A stretch of 64,000 nucleotides of DNA. Origin: Candidatus Levybacteria bacterium RIFCSPLOWO2_12_FULL_41_12 (lineage in GTDB: Bacteria > Patescibacteriota > Microgenomatia > Levybacterales > UBA12049). Below are positions 10,433 through 20,292 of this stretch, in pieces. The stretch spans positions 10,101 through 74,100 of the forward strand of contig MFPL01000007.1 of the NCBI GenBank assembly GCA_001784155.1, given 5' to 3'. How positions within the stretch are numbered: the first letter of the stretch is position 1; each line of letters opens with the position of its first letter. Both the position numbers and the translations under genes were made by a program. The notes beneath the pieces were generated by a model that was not told the origin of the DNA, did no database searches, and saw nothing but the letters and a program-made list of their open reading frames with translations.

Positions 10433-11171
10433 ATACAATAAGATTTGTTCCACAGTAGATTCTATTGAGATATGGGATATTTTCAAGGATTGGCTCGACA
10501 GCTTTTATTAGCTTTGCCGGCCTTTCGGGGAAAAAGAAAGGAACTATTCCGAAGAAGCACTGTTTCCTTACCTGAAACCCGTTTCTTTCAAACCATCTAT
10601 TCAGAGTGGGCGGCCAGTATGATTTTTCCTCGTGTTCCCTGTGATAAGTTGAAACCTTTTCCATGATTTTCATAATCGGGCTGTATCCATTGGGTTCTGC
10701 TACGATAATTACATCAGCAAGCTTGCTAATCGCGTTTATTCCTTTTTGAGGTTGATAAAAATGGTGCAGAACTCCTCTTACTACAGCAACATCAAATTTT
10801 TCTTTAATTTTTTTATCAACTACATAAACACTTGAGACCAAAAAATTTATTCTTTTGGCGTCTTTTTTACGAATCTTTTTTTTTGCAATCCTCACCCCTT
10901 CTTCAGCATAGTCAAAACCTACAATTTTTTTTGGGCTTAACTTCTGATACAGCTCGAAGGTATAGGTTCCGTCTCCGGATCCTACATCAAGTATCTTCAG
11001 CGGTTTCTTAAATTTTTGTGATCTTATTGCTTTTAAAATACCATCCGATTGTTTTTTTGACGCTACAACAGCAGAATAAATATTTTGGTCTGTATAAGCG
11101 TAACCACCAAGCATCTTGACGTCTCTATTAAATTTTGAAATATTTTTTTCTCTATCTCTTCTTCTCTTCAT
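10416..11171 (-). CDS. Class I SAM-dependent methyltransferase
   Basis: ILDVGSGDG, GFD, GVLHH, EPNG. Confidence 0.85.
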   Translation of the reverse strand: MKRRRDREKNISKFNRDVKMLGGYAYTDQNIYSAVVASKKQSDGILKAIRSQKFKKPLKILDVGSGDGTYTFELYQKLSPKKIVGFDYAEEGVRIAKKKIRKKDAKRINFLVSSVYVVDKKIKEKFDVAVVRGVLHHFYQPQKGINAISKLADVIIVAEPNGYSPIMKIMEKVSTYHREHEEKSYWPPTLNRWFERNGFQVRKQCFFGIVPFFFPERPAKLIKAVEPILENIPYLNRIYCGTNLIVYEKQT

Positions 11172-11172
11172 A

Positions 11173-11667
11173 TTATCGTCTTAGGTTTACATACCAAGGC
11201 TTATTATTCTTTACCATCTCTCTTACGATGCTTGGAATTTCCTTAACGTCATCTGGCCATCTTGCTTCAATATTACCAAGAATTTTTAAAACTTGCTTGT
11301 CTTCTAAAGGCCAATGGGATATCCCATCATGCGAATAGTCTTTGTCTCTTCCGGAACCGACTAATCTCACGGGAATCTTTTCATAATTTATATAATTACG
11401 TATCGTTTCAAAAGGTCTGTATAGAAGAAACGTTGTAATCGAATAGGTGAATGGAATTTTCCCTTCAAGAGCCAGTCCTATTGCTATTCCCATCATAGCT
11501 TGTTCCGATGCGCCTACGTTAAGGTACCTATCCGGGAAGTCATCACGAATCCTATCCCACATACCGTAGCCAAGATCTCCCGTCACGACCCAAATGTTCT
11601 TATTTTTTAACATTTGAGAATGCAGGGAAGCTGCGAATGCTGCTCTTTGATTATCTTTAATAGTCAT
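11173..11667 (-). CDS. Transketolase-like subunit B (pyrimidine-binding domain only)
   Basis: TGDLGYG, NVGASEQAMMGIAIGLALEG, RPFETIR, GISH. Likely start ATG 11667; no C-terminal domain. Confidence 0.85.
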   Translation of the reverse strand: MTIKDNQRAAFAASLHSQMLKNKNIWVVTGDLGYGMWDRIRDDFPDRYLNVGASEQAMMGIAIGLALEGKIPFTYSITTFLLYRPFETIRNYINYEKIPVRLVGSGRDKDYSHDGISHWPLEDKQVLKILGNIEARWPDDVKEIPSIVREMVKNNKPWYVNLRR

Positions 11668-12385
11668 GTAATAATTCCATCGCGAGAGTGAAATCCTCAT
11701 TGCTCATTATGTAATAATGCGCCCCCTGATCTTTCAAGAAGGGGAATTGATTTACTTTCGTTTCAGCAAAAATTATATTTTCTTTTTTGCTTTTCAAAGC
11801 CTTAACTATTTGCTGAGTGTCATGCCCGTTAATTCTTTTTATATCGGGAGCAAATCCTTTTAGCCTTTTATATAAGGAGTCTTTGGGGATCGGAGCGTAT
11901 GCTCCCCAGCCGTTAACGTTAATCAAAATCTTCAAATTATTAATTTTCTGATCTCGAATAATTCTTAGTGATTCCCATATACTTCCTTCGGTTGATTCTC
12001 CGTCAGAGATCATGCAATATACATTTTTACCTCTATTTGAAAGCGCAATGCCCAAAGCTATTGGAAGCCCTTGTCCTAGACTTCCCGTTGATACATCAAC
12101 TCCAACTGCTGGATTCCGATCAGGATGCACATGCAGCTTTTCGGATTCGCCTGCTTTTAATAAGCCGTATTTTTCTAAAATAGTGTACAGCGCTATTCCG
12201 GCATGACCATTTGATAAAATAAATTTTTCGTTTTTTGATTTGATACTATAAACTGCATCTATCAGATCAACACTACTCAAACATGATCCCAAGTGAGATA
12301 AATTCAGTTTGTGAGAGATTATAAGAATTCTTCTTCTGATATCTCTTTGTCCTTTAGAAAGTTTTTTTAAGTCGTATTTATTCAT
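11657..12385 (-). CDS. Transketolase-like subunit A (ThDP-binding N-terminal part)
   Basis: SHLGSCLS, ILSNGH, STGSLGQGL, SDGESTEGSIWE...N. Confidence 0.88.
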   Translation of the reverse strand: MNKYDLKKLSKGQRDIRRRILIISHKLNLSHLGSCLSSVDLIDAVYSIKSKNEKFILSNGHAGIALYTILEKYGLLKAGESEKLHVHPDRNPAVGVDVSTGSLGQGLPIALGIALSNRGKNVYCMISDGESTEGSIWESLRIIRDQKINNLKILINVNGWGAYAPIPKDSLYKRLKGFAPDIKRINGHDTQQIVKALKSKKENIIFAETKVNQFPFLKDQGAHYYIMSNEDFTLAMELLHDY

Positions 12386-13331
12386 CCGTCAATCTATTCT
12401 GAACGAGCCAATTATAAGTTTTGCTTAGTCCTTTTTCAATCGAGTATTTTGGTTTCCAATTCAACATTTTTTTAGCTTTCGTTATGTTTGCAATCCAATG
12501 GGGATTATCCCACATTCTTTTCTCAAATCCTCCCTTGATCACTTTGGTTTTTTGGCCTGTCATCTTAAAAAGAGTTTTTACAATCTCATCGTTTGTGTAT
12601 TCATGTCCGGTACCGGCATTAATTATTTCACCCGATAGCTTGCTTGATTTTTTTAACGCAGCAACATAAATATCTATGAGGTCGTCAATAAATATAAAGT
12701 CACGTCTTTGCTTGCCGGGGGTAAGCATTATCGGACGTTTCGCAATCAGTGCATGCATAATTGTCGGAATAAATCTGTCTTTTTGCTCATATGGTCCATA
12801 TACGGAGAAAGGTCTAATGGTAACGATGGGTTTTTTATATTGGTACGAAAAAGCCTGGCATAAAAGCGTCTGGGAGGCTTTGGCTGCTGCATAAAAACTT
12901 ATCGGTTCTAAAATATCAGCCTCTTTCATTGGCTTGGGCTTGAGTCCATATTCTGAGGAAGACCCCGTGTTAACAAAAATTTTATAATCTACGTCAATAG
13001 TTGCATAGAGTAATTCTAATGTCCCGTTTACGGATGTTGTGATAATTTGTTCTGCATCTTCTTGATTTCTGTACGAACCATAAGTAGCCAAATGAAATAT
13101 AGCCGTTGGGGATATTTTTTCCATTAACTTCTTCAAAGACTTTTTAGTAGGTGGAGCTGCGTGAAGCGTTATATTTTTTTTTATTTCTTTAAGTCTCCAG
13201 TTGTCTGAGGATTTTCTATGTATAACATGAACTTCATATCCCAGCTTTACAAGACGGCGTGTTAAATTAGCTCCAATAAAGCCTCCTCCTCCTGTGATGA
13301 CAATTCTTTTACTCGATGAGCCTGCCCTCAT
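12378..13331 (-). CDS. NAD-dependent NDP-sugar epimerase/4-reductase (extended SDR)
   Basis: TGGGGFIG, HLATYG, TGSSSEYG, YAAAK, RDFIFIDD. Paralog of 18333-19274. Confidence 0.85.
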   Translation of the reverse strand: MRAGSSSKRIVITGGGGFIGANLTRRLVKLGYEVHVIHRKSSDNWRLKEIKKNITLHAAPPTKKSLKKLMEKISPTAIFHLATYGSYRNQEDAEQIITTSVNGTLELLYATIDVDYKIFVNTGSSSEYGLKPKPMKEADILEPISFYAAAKASQTLLCQAFSYQYKKPIVTIRPFSVYGPYEQKDRFIPTIMHALIAKRPIMLTPGKQRRDFIFIDDLIDIYVAALKKSSKLSGEIINAGTGHEYTNDEIVKTLFKMTGQKTKVIKGGFEKRMWDNPHWIANITKAKKMLNWKPKYSIEKGLSKTYNWLVQNRLTDE

Positions 13332-13339
13332 TTCGCTAC

Positions 13340-13361
13340 ATTATAGTTTATATGGTAAAAT
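13340..13361. promoter_or_regulatory. Back-to-back divergent -10 elements
   Basis: TATAAT on minus strand (13340-13345), 8 nt before ATG 13331; extended TGgTAAAAT on plus strand (13353-13361) upstream of ATG 13382. Confidence 0.5.
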
Positions 13362-13381
13362 CAAAGCAAATCATCATCCCG

Positions 13382-15979
13382 ATGAAGAAAATTAATTTTT
13401 TATTCTTGCTCGTTATACTCGCAGTCGTTGTTTTATTTTCCTTGGGAAAAACCCTGGACTACTATTTCTTCACTGACGATTACGCATTTTTGTATTATCT
13501 CGGAAACAATCTTGAATTTGGATGGCCATACAACTCAGTCCTATCTATATTCAGCCCTATATATAAGCTTTTCGGAACCAATGCTCAGCCTTATTTTACC
13601 TTAGCTGTAGTAACTTATTTTTTTGCTTCAGTAAGCGTTTTCTTTTTTGCCAAAGCTTTAACAAAGAACTTACTGGTTTCCTCAGTAGCCTCGGTTATTT
13701 TTGCAACCGGCTATATTGGGCTAGATCAATTTAGCATGATCGCTGTTTCGATAATTAACAACTTGAATGTTATTAATGTCAGTATTACTTTGATACTTTT
13801 AATTTATTGGATCGAAACAAGGAAGCTCAGATACTATTTCTTAACTTTTTTTATGTTTTGGTTTAGTCTGCTTCTTTTTCCACACAGAGCATATCCTTTG
13901 GTTTTATTTCTGCCTTCTCTGGAATTAGTACTTAGTTTTAAACCGCGAAAACTCAAAAATATGCTCAAGCAAGTAGTAAGCTTATTTTTAAGATACATAC
14001 CCTTTCTCATTGTTGCAGTCCAGCGTGGAGTTTTTTCTTACGGTACACATGGCACCGAAAATGTTCATCTTTTGAATCTGGTTGAAACAGACAGCAAGAT
14101 CTACACGCTTTTTAATCCGTTATTTTTTAAAGAACTTTTTGCAGTGTTGGGTAAGTTCGTGTTATTGCCTTCATTTACGGATTTCTTTAAATACGTACCA
14201 AGTCAGGATTTTTACTCGTTTGTGGGAGTTGCCACATCTCTGCTGGCAACTGCCATGTCGATAGTTATTTACAGACGTGAAAAGCAAAAAAACGGCAGAG
14301 TGATTTTTGCTGTTTTTCTTTTGACAATACAAAGTTACGCTGGAAACATGTTTCTAAACGTAGATTTTGATGCTAACGGCCCGGTAAATAGATACTTAAC
14401 AATATCGTTTCTTTTTTATTCTATTTTGATTTCACTGTTTTTTTATTTGTTTCTTCAGATATTGTCTAAGATAAATGTTAATGCAAAAAAGAGAATTTAT
14501 GCGACCCTGGCATTTTTTCTTATTTTAGTTCTTGCATCACTCTCCAGAGATTATGAGGAACGGGTCCTTGAAGACCGAAGTCAGCCTGCGATAAAATTTT
14601 TTAAAGAATTAAAGACTTATGTCCCCGCGCTTTCAGACTCAAATTACAACATATTTTATTTTGATAGAGCGTCTTATTATCCCGTATCTTCTAGATTTGG
14701 AAATGTACTTCTCAGCGCAGCTATGGGCAACAGCGTCAACCTGGCGTTTCCTTACGGGATATCGGTTGATTCGGTTAAGATAACGGACACTTTCGAAGAT
14801 TTTCTACGTCTGGTTTTTTATACACCAGAGGGTAAAAAACCTGTTTACTATACGTTTTATAACGATGAGAGTGGTCTTAAAGACACAACAGACGATGTAT
14901 TCAGTCTTTTAGAAAGTGGTGGTTCTACCGTGATTTCAAGCGATAAGATAACATACAAAAACGAACAGGGAATTAATGCGGTAAGCATAAATACAGCGGG
15001 AGTATCAAGCCTTACCCCGCTTTCATTAAGGATGAGTCTTCAAGCAACCCCTCTTCCGCCGTCAGCGTTTGCGTTTCCTTACTCTTTTAACGCAAGCCTA
15101 ACGGAGTCTATTTCGGAGAGTGAAAAAGAGAAAATTTTTAAATATCTTCTTTCTCGAGAGAAATATTATGAAAGCGTGAGGGTTCAGGTTGAATCCATAC
15201 ACGTTGGTAAGAAGAACCCTGCGTCGTATTTAGTTGATGATAATCCTGACACCAACTGGATTTCCGATCAAAGCAGATGGGAAGTGGGTATAAAGCCTTG
15301 GATTAAAATAGATCTCTCAGAGGAGAGAAGCATAGGGACGGCTCTTTGGAGACAGTCTCCTTCCCGTGCTGTAGAAGATTTTACAATTAATGTTTCAAGT
15401 GACGGCGAGAACTGGACTGGTGTGAAGAATTTGAGCAAGCGAAACATTTACTCCGACAATAGTCTGGTGGCGGTCGATTTCAATCCCGTTAATGCCCGTT
15501 ACGTAATGCTTACGATTGTAAGTCTATCGACGGGCCCAGGTCCGAGTTTGGCGGAAATAGAACTATTAGAAGATGAATTTAATAGGATGGATATAGAAAA
15601 GGCATTCGGAATGAAAGATAACCCTTTTGCGAGTATCTCTGATGTTGAGGAAGTTGCGCAGGCGTATGCGTATTTAGAAAAAAACGCAAAGTTAAAGATA
15701 AAAACATTTACAAACAAAGACGATCCCGTGTCCAGTGCTGTGCTAGGTGAAATTCCTATCTTTCTGGATGGAGCCTATCATGATTACGAATTTCAGATAC
15801 CTCAAGGCGGGACTCATCTCAAAGAAATAAGACTTGAAGCCAATTTTCCCGCAAGTTTTAATGTTAGTCGGGTGCTCATAGAAAATCTGTCCAAGGAAAA
15901 AGTTCTTGAGGAAACCCGAAAAAAGTGTCTCGAGTTTACAGGGATAGATTCCTGGAGAAATCCTTTCGATTGTAGCTAG
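13382..15979 (+). CDS. Polytopic GT-C-like membrane protein with C-terminal F5/8 (discoidin) domain
   Basis: YYFFTDDY luminal acidic motif, about 11 TM segments, NRYL, then LVDDNPDTNW..PWIKIDLS..FTINVSSDGENW..ARYVML..LAEIEL. Start moved to MKKINF (13382). Confidence 0.78.
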   Translation: MKKINFLFLLVILAVVVLFSLGKTLDYYFFTDDYAFLYYLGNNLEFGWPYNSVLSIFSPIYKLFGTNAQPYFTLAVVTYFFASVSVFFFAKALTKNLLVSSVASVIFATGYIGLDQFSMIAVSIINNLNVINVSITLILLIYWIETRKLRYYFLTFFMFWFSLLLFPHRAYPLVLFLPSLELVLSFKPRKLKNMLKQVVSLFLRYIPFLIVAVQRGVFSYGTHGTENVHLLNLVETDSKIYTLFNPLFFKELFAVLGKFVLLPSFTDFFKYVPSQDFYSFVGVATSLLATAMSIVIYRREKQKNGRVIFAVFLLTIQSYAGNMFLNVDFDANGPVNRYLTISFLFYSILISLFFYLFLQILSKINVNAKKRIYATLAFFLILVLASLSRDYEERVLEDRSQPAIKFFKELKTYVPALSDSNYNIFYFDRASYYPVSSRFGNVLLSAAMGNSVNLAFPYGISVDSVKITDTFEDFLRLVFYTPEGKKPVYYTFYNDESGLKDTTDDVFSLLESGGSTVISSDKITYKNEQGINAVSINTAGVSSLTPLSLRMSLQATPLPPSAFAFPYSFNASLTESISESEKEKIFKYLLSREKYYESVRVQVESIHVGKKNPASYLVDDNPDTNWISDQSRWEVGIKPWIKIDLSEERSIGTALWRQSPSRAVEDFTINVSSDGENWTGVKNLSKRNIYSDNSLVAVDFNPVNARYVMLTIVSLSTGPGPSLAEIELLEDEFNRMDIEKAFGMKDNPFASISDVEEVAQAYAYLEKNAKLKIKTFTNKDDPVSSAVLGEIPIFLDGAYHDYEFQIPQGGTHLKEIRLEANFPASFNVSRVLIENLSKEKVLEETRKKCLEFTGIDSWRNPFDCS

Positions 15980-16009
15980 AACTGCTTAGTTGTATAATAA
16001 GCAAAATTT

Positions 16010-16789
16010 ATGAAGACTGTAATTCTTTGTGGAGGTATAGGATACAGACTGAAAGAGGAAACAGAGTTTAAGCCAAAACCCATGGTGCAGATAGGAGGAA
16101 AGCCTATACTCTGGCATATAATGAAAATGTATGCCCATCACGGATTTAACGATTTTATAATTGCTCTCGGATATAAAGGAGACCTCATAAGGCAATATTT
16201 TCTGAACGAACAAAACATGATTTATGATTTTACTTTGAATACGTCTACAGGAAAATCTAAGCCTCACAAAACAGGCATCAAGTCCGATAAGTTTGTCATT
16301 ACCTTTGTAAATACAGGAGAAGAATCTCTTCCCGGAGAGAGAATTTTAAGAATAAAAGACTATATTCCAAAAACTGACAAAAACTTCATGGTTACATATG
16401 GAGATGGGGTATCGGATATAAGCATAAAAGATGTTGTTAAATTTCACATAAAACAAAAAACAATTGGAACTATTACAGGTGTGCATCCGCGTACAAAATG
16501 GGGTCTTCTCAATATTGATAAAGTGGATAAGACCGCTACATCTTTTGTAGAAAAACCCGTGCTTAATCAGTGGGTGAACGGCGGGTTCATGGTTTTTAAA
16601 CGAGAGTTCTTTAATTTCCTAAAACCAGGGGAGATGGAGCATGAAAGTCTCAAAAGATTGATAAAGAAGAGACAGTTGTCGATTTATACTCATGATGGAT
16701 TCTGGCACTGCATGGATACCTATCCTGACGTAGATAATTTAAATAAGATGTGGAAAGAAGATCCGAAGTGGAAAATATGGCAGGATTAA
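16010..16789 (+). CDS. rfbF: Glucose-1-phosphate cytidylyltransferase
   Basis: VILCGGIGYRLKEETEFKPKPMVQIGGKPILWHIMK, TYGDGVSD, NGGFMV, HDGFWHCMDT, PKWKIW. Confidence 0.9.
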   Translation: MKTVILCGGIGYRLKEETEFKPKPMVQIGGKPILWHIMKMYAHHGFNDFIIALGYKGDLIRQYFLNEQNMIYDFTLNTSTGKSKPHKTGIKSDKFVITFVNTGEESLPGERILRIKDYIPKTDKNFMVTYGDGVSDISIKDVVKFHIKQKTIGTITGVHPRTKWGLLNIDKVDKTATSFVEKPVLNQWVNGGFMVFKREFFNFLKPGEMEHESLKRLIKKRQLSIYTHDGFWHCMDTYPDVDNLNKMWKEDPKWKIWQD

Positions 16790-17733
16790 ATGGTAAGAAA
16801 ATATTAGTTACTGGAGGAGCTGGCTTCATTGGGTCACACCTGGTATTAGAACTTCTAAAAAATCAAGCGAAAGTTTTTGTTATAGACCTAGAAGCTAGGC
16901 CTAAATCTTTTTTTTCCCTTAATAAACTATCAAATAAAGTAAATTTTAAGATTTTAGATGTAAGAGATAAAAGTAAAGTATTTAGTTATTTTAACAAATT
17001 TAATTTCGATTATATCTGTCATCTTGCAGCAGAGCCAATTGTGGGGGAAGGTTATGACAATCCACATGCAACGTTTGAAACAAATATTATGGGAACAGTA
17101 AATATTTTGGAAGCTGTCAGGAAATATAGAGTAAAAGGCATTGTTGCGGCTTCATCTGATAAGGCGTACGGAAAAACACAAAAAACTTACACCGAGAAAT
17201 CCCCGCTTCGAGGAGACCATCCTTACGATGTCTCAAAGTCTTCCGCTGACCTTATTTGTCAGGCATATTACAAAACTTACGGTATTTCTGTTGTAATAAC
17301 AAGGTTTGGAAATGTATATGGTGAGGGAGATCTACATTTTGACAGAATTATCCCCGGAATTTGCAAAGCCTTAATTAAAAATGATGATTTTAAGATTAGA
17401 AGTAATGGTAAATATGTTAGAGACTACATCTATGTAAAAGATGTCGTAGACGGTTATTTACTATTGCTCCAAAAAATAAACAGAGTACAGGGTGAAGCTT
17501 TTAACTTTTCATCCGCTGAAAACTTATCGGTAGTAGAAGTAATAAAAAAAATCGAAAAGAGGCTTGGGAAAAGGATAAGCTACAAAATATTAAATATTGC
17601 AAAAAATGAAATTCCTTATCAACATTTGGATGATTCTAAGGTGAGAAAGCTGGGATGGAGAACGAATTATAGTTTAGACTCCACTATAGAGCAGATTTTA
17701 GATTGGTATAAACATGATTTTTACAAAAACTAA
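16777..17733 (+). CDS. rfbG: CDP-glucose 4,6-dehydratase-like SDR
   Basis: TGGAGFIG, HLAAEPIV, SSDKAYG, PYDVSKS, TRFGNVYGEGD; directly follows rfbF. Start moved to ATG 16777. Confidence 0.78.
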   Translation: MAGLNGKKILVTGGAGFIGSHLVLELLKNQAKVFVIDLEARPKSFFSLNKLSNKVNFKILDVRDKSKVFSYFNKFNFDYICHLAAEPIVGEGYDNPHATFETNIMGTVNILEAVRKYRVKGIVAASSDKAYGKTQKTYTEKSPLRGDHPYDVSKSSADLICQAYYKTYGISVVITRFGNVYGEGDLHFDRIIPGICKALIKNDDFKIRSNGKYVRDYIYVKDVVDGYLLLLQKINRVQGEAFNFSSAENLSVVEVIKKIEKRLGKRISYKILNIAKNEIPYQHLDDSKVRKLGWRTNYSLDSTIEQILDWYKHDFYKN

Positions 17734-18265
17734 AATTAAAGGAGTATTTCTCATTGAGCCAGAACCTAAGAAAGACGAGAGGGGTTATTTTCAAAGAATT
17801 TATGATTACAATGAATTTAAAAAAAGAGATATGAATTTCAGAATGGTTCAGGAAAATCAGTCAATGTCTCTTACAAAAGGTGCTATAAGAGGCATTCATA
17901 TGCAAAAAGCTCCAAAATCAGAGGATAAACTGATTCAATGCATAAAAGGAGCAATATTTGATGTGATAGTGGATTTGCGTTTAGGCTCCAAGACTTATGG
18001 GAAGTTGATTGGAGAAATTTTGTATGAAAATAAAAAAATGATGTATGTCCCAAAGGGTTGTGCTCATGGATTTCAAGCACTTGAGGAGAATACAATTATT
18101 CAATATCCAGTTTCACAGTATTATACCCCTAATTATGAGATGGGAATAAGATGGAATGATCCATTCTTCAATATTAAATGGCCAGTAAAAAACGTAACCG
18201 TATCGGAAAAAGATTCTGCATGGCCTGATTTTATTCCCCATAAAAAAATGAAATCAAAAAATTAA
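17714..18265 (+). CDS. rfbC: NDP-4-keto-6-deoxyhexose 3,5-epimerase (RmlC family)
   Basis: DERGYF, GAIRGIHMQ, DVIVDLR, YVPKGCAHGFQAL, GIRWNDP, SEKD. Confidence 0.88.
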   Translation: MIFTKTKIKGVFLIEPEPKKDERGYFQRIYDYNEFKKRDMNFRMVQENQSMSLTKGAIRGIHMQKAPKSEDKLIQCIKGAIFDVIVDLRLGSKTYGKLIGEILYENKKMMYVPKGCAHGFQALEENTIIQYPVSQYYTPNYEMGIRWNDPFFNIKWPVKNVTVSEKDSAWPDFIPHKKMKSKN

Positions 18266-18332
18266 GCTAGGAAAATTTCCTGATAAGACGAGTTCAAAAA
18301 ACCAGAAGAAAGTCAAGATTTACAAATTACCG

Positions 18333-19274
18333 ATGAAAAATAAATATTTAGTAACAGGTGCAACAGGTTTCGTAGGTTCAAATATCGTAAGAGCTCTTAT
18401 AAAAAAAGGAGAGAAGGTGACTATTATTACAAGAGACAAAAAATTGAATTGGCGACTAAGGGACATAATAAAAGAATTTGATGTACACCAATTAGACTTG
18501 GTTATAGACGATCTGGTTCCGTCTTTGAAAAAGATAAGACCTGACTATATTTTTCATCTCGCCGCGTATGGTGTTTTACCAAACGAGAAAAATACAAAGA
18601 AAATGATAGACGTAAATCTAAAAGGAGCTGTAAATCTCATAAATGCTGCTTCGAAAAATCCGTTCAAACTATTTGTAAATACTGGGACTTCTGTAGAGTA
18701 TGGGGTAAAAAACAGAAAAATGAGAGAAACTGATGTTTTAACTCCTATCAATGACTATGGAGTTACAAAAGCTGCGGCGACACTTTATGGTCAGAGAATG
18801 GGCATTAAGGAAGGATTGCCGATTGTTAATTTTCGCTTATTCACCCCGTTTGGAAAATATGAAGACAAGACTCGGTTAGTCCCATCAGTGATTCTTTCCG
18901 CTTTGAGAAATGAACCAATACGGGTTTCAGTGCCAACAACTGTCAGGGATTTTGTATTCATAGAAGATGTTGTTAATGCTTACTTAAGGGTGACAAAGCT
19001 TTCTTTTGAACCTGGAGAAATAGTTAATATTGGATCAGGAAAACAACATTCTATAGAACAGATTGTTAGTTTGATTCTGAAGATTACGAAAAGCTATTCG
19101 GAAGTTGAATGGGGAAGTGTTAAAAAGCAAGATAGGTTTATAGAACCAGAGAAATGGGAGGCTGATATTTCAAGAGCTTGGCAAATTCTAAAATGGGAAC
19201 CAAAATACTCCATCGAGCAGGGTCTAGAAAAAACAATTAAATGGTATTCTAAAAATCAAAAATTATATGAATAA
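18333..19274 (+). CDS. NAD-dependent NDP-sugar epimerase/4-reductase (extended SDR)
   Basis: TGATGFVG, HLAAYG, TGTSVEYG, YGVTK, RDFVFIEDV. Confidence 0.85.
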   Translation: MKNKYLVTGATGFVGSNIVRALIKKGEKVTIITRDKKLNWRLRDIIKEFDVHQLDLVIDDLVPSLKKIRPDYIFHLAAYGVLPNEKNTKKMIDVNLKGAVNLINAASKNPFKLFVNTGTSVEYGVKNRKMRETDVLTPINDYGVTKAAATLYGQRMGIKEGLPIVNFRLFTPFGKYEDKTRLVPSVILSALRNEPIRVSVPTTVRDFVFIEDVVNAYLRVTKLSFEPGEIVNIGSGKQHSIEQIVSLILKITKSYSEVEWGSVKKQDRFIEPEKWEADISRAWQILKWEPKYSIEQGLEKTIKWYSKNQKLYE

Positions 19275-20292
19275 TCTTCCATCTATTTCTATTGTTACAT
19301 GTACATATAATGTGAATCTTAAGTTGTTTGAAAAAGTATTAAAAGCTTTAAGAGAACAAGTTTACCCCAAACGTTTGATCGAACATATTGTTATGGATGC
19401 TGGTTCATCTAATGGAACAGTGGAGCTTGCGAAAAAATTTGGGTGCAAAGTATATGTTCATCCGGAGCTTTTGGAAGAAGAACAAGTTCGTGCATCCTTA
19501 GGTTTCAAAAAAGCAAAAGGTAAAATTCTTTTAATAATCCAATCCGATAATTTAGTGCCTTCGAATGATTGGCTCAGAAGAATGGTTCAGCCGTTCGTAG
19601 AGAACAAAAAAGTTTTTTGCACATATACCGCTCGCTATAGCTACACAAAAGATATGTCCGCTATAACTCGCTATGGAGCGCTCATTGGAGCAAACGACCC
19701 TCTAATATCCCCCTATTTTTTGGATAAGATTGAAAAGATTGCAATGACCACTAGTAATTACAATAAAGGAACCATAATTTCCGAAAACAAGAACCATTAT
19801 ATTGTTAAATTTAATAAGGATAATTTTCCTCCGCTCGGTGATAATGGCCAGATGGTTTTAAGAAGCGTAATGGAAAAAGTAAATAAAGATCCAAAAGAAT
19901 ATCTTCACTTGGACACTTTTTCCAGAATGTTTGATTTAGGTTATGATACCTGTGGTGTAGTCAAAGCTTCGATAATTCATGTTATTACTTCAGACATTAA
20001 GCGCTTTGTGACAAGAAGAATTCAGTTAAAGGAAAAGTTTTTTGATGATAGACGCAATAATCGCAGATTTCTTATATTTGATATAAATTCAAAAAAAGAT
20101 AGAATTAATTTGATCAAATACGTCATTTTTTCTTTGACTTTTGTTCCCACCTTATTTCAAGGCGCCAGGGGATATTTGAAAATAAGAGATAGCGCATGGT
20201 TTCTCCATCCTGTAATCTGCTTTATAATGCTTATTGCATATGGATATTCAGAATTTAAGTGGATTTTGAAGAAATCTTTGAGACTAGCTTAG
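19267..20292 (+). CDS. GT2 glycosyltransferase with C-terminal membrane segments
   Basis: ISIVTCTYN, VMDAGSSNGT, IQSDN, LGDNG; hydrophobic C-terminus. Confidence 0.78.
   Translation: MNNLPSISIVTCTYNVNLKLFEKVLKALREQVYPKRLIEHIVMDAGSSNGTVELAKKFGCKVYVHPELLEEEQVRASLGFKKAKGKILLIIQSDNLVPSNDWLRRMVQPFVENKKVFCTYTARYSYTKDMSAITRYGALIGANDPLISPYFLDKIEKIAMTTSNYNKGTIISENKNHYIVKFNKDNFPPLGDNGQMVLRSVMEKVNKDPKEYLHLDTFSRMFDLGYDTCGVVKASIIHVITSDIKRFVTRRIQLKEKFFDDRRNNRRFLIFDINSKKDRINLIKYVIFSLTFVPTLFQGARGYLKIRDSAWFLHPVICFIMLIAYGYSEFKWILKKSLRLA

Noticed and set aside
13316-13381. Overlapping divergent starts implied by the ORF track
   Set aside because: The extension spans promoter-like sequence; ATG 13382 before the first TM helix is the more plausible start.
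18269-18281. Small palindrome aggaaaatttcct after the RmlC-like gene
   Set aside because: Single short AT-rich copy without a U-tract; could be chance.
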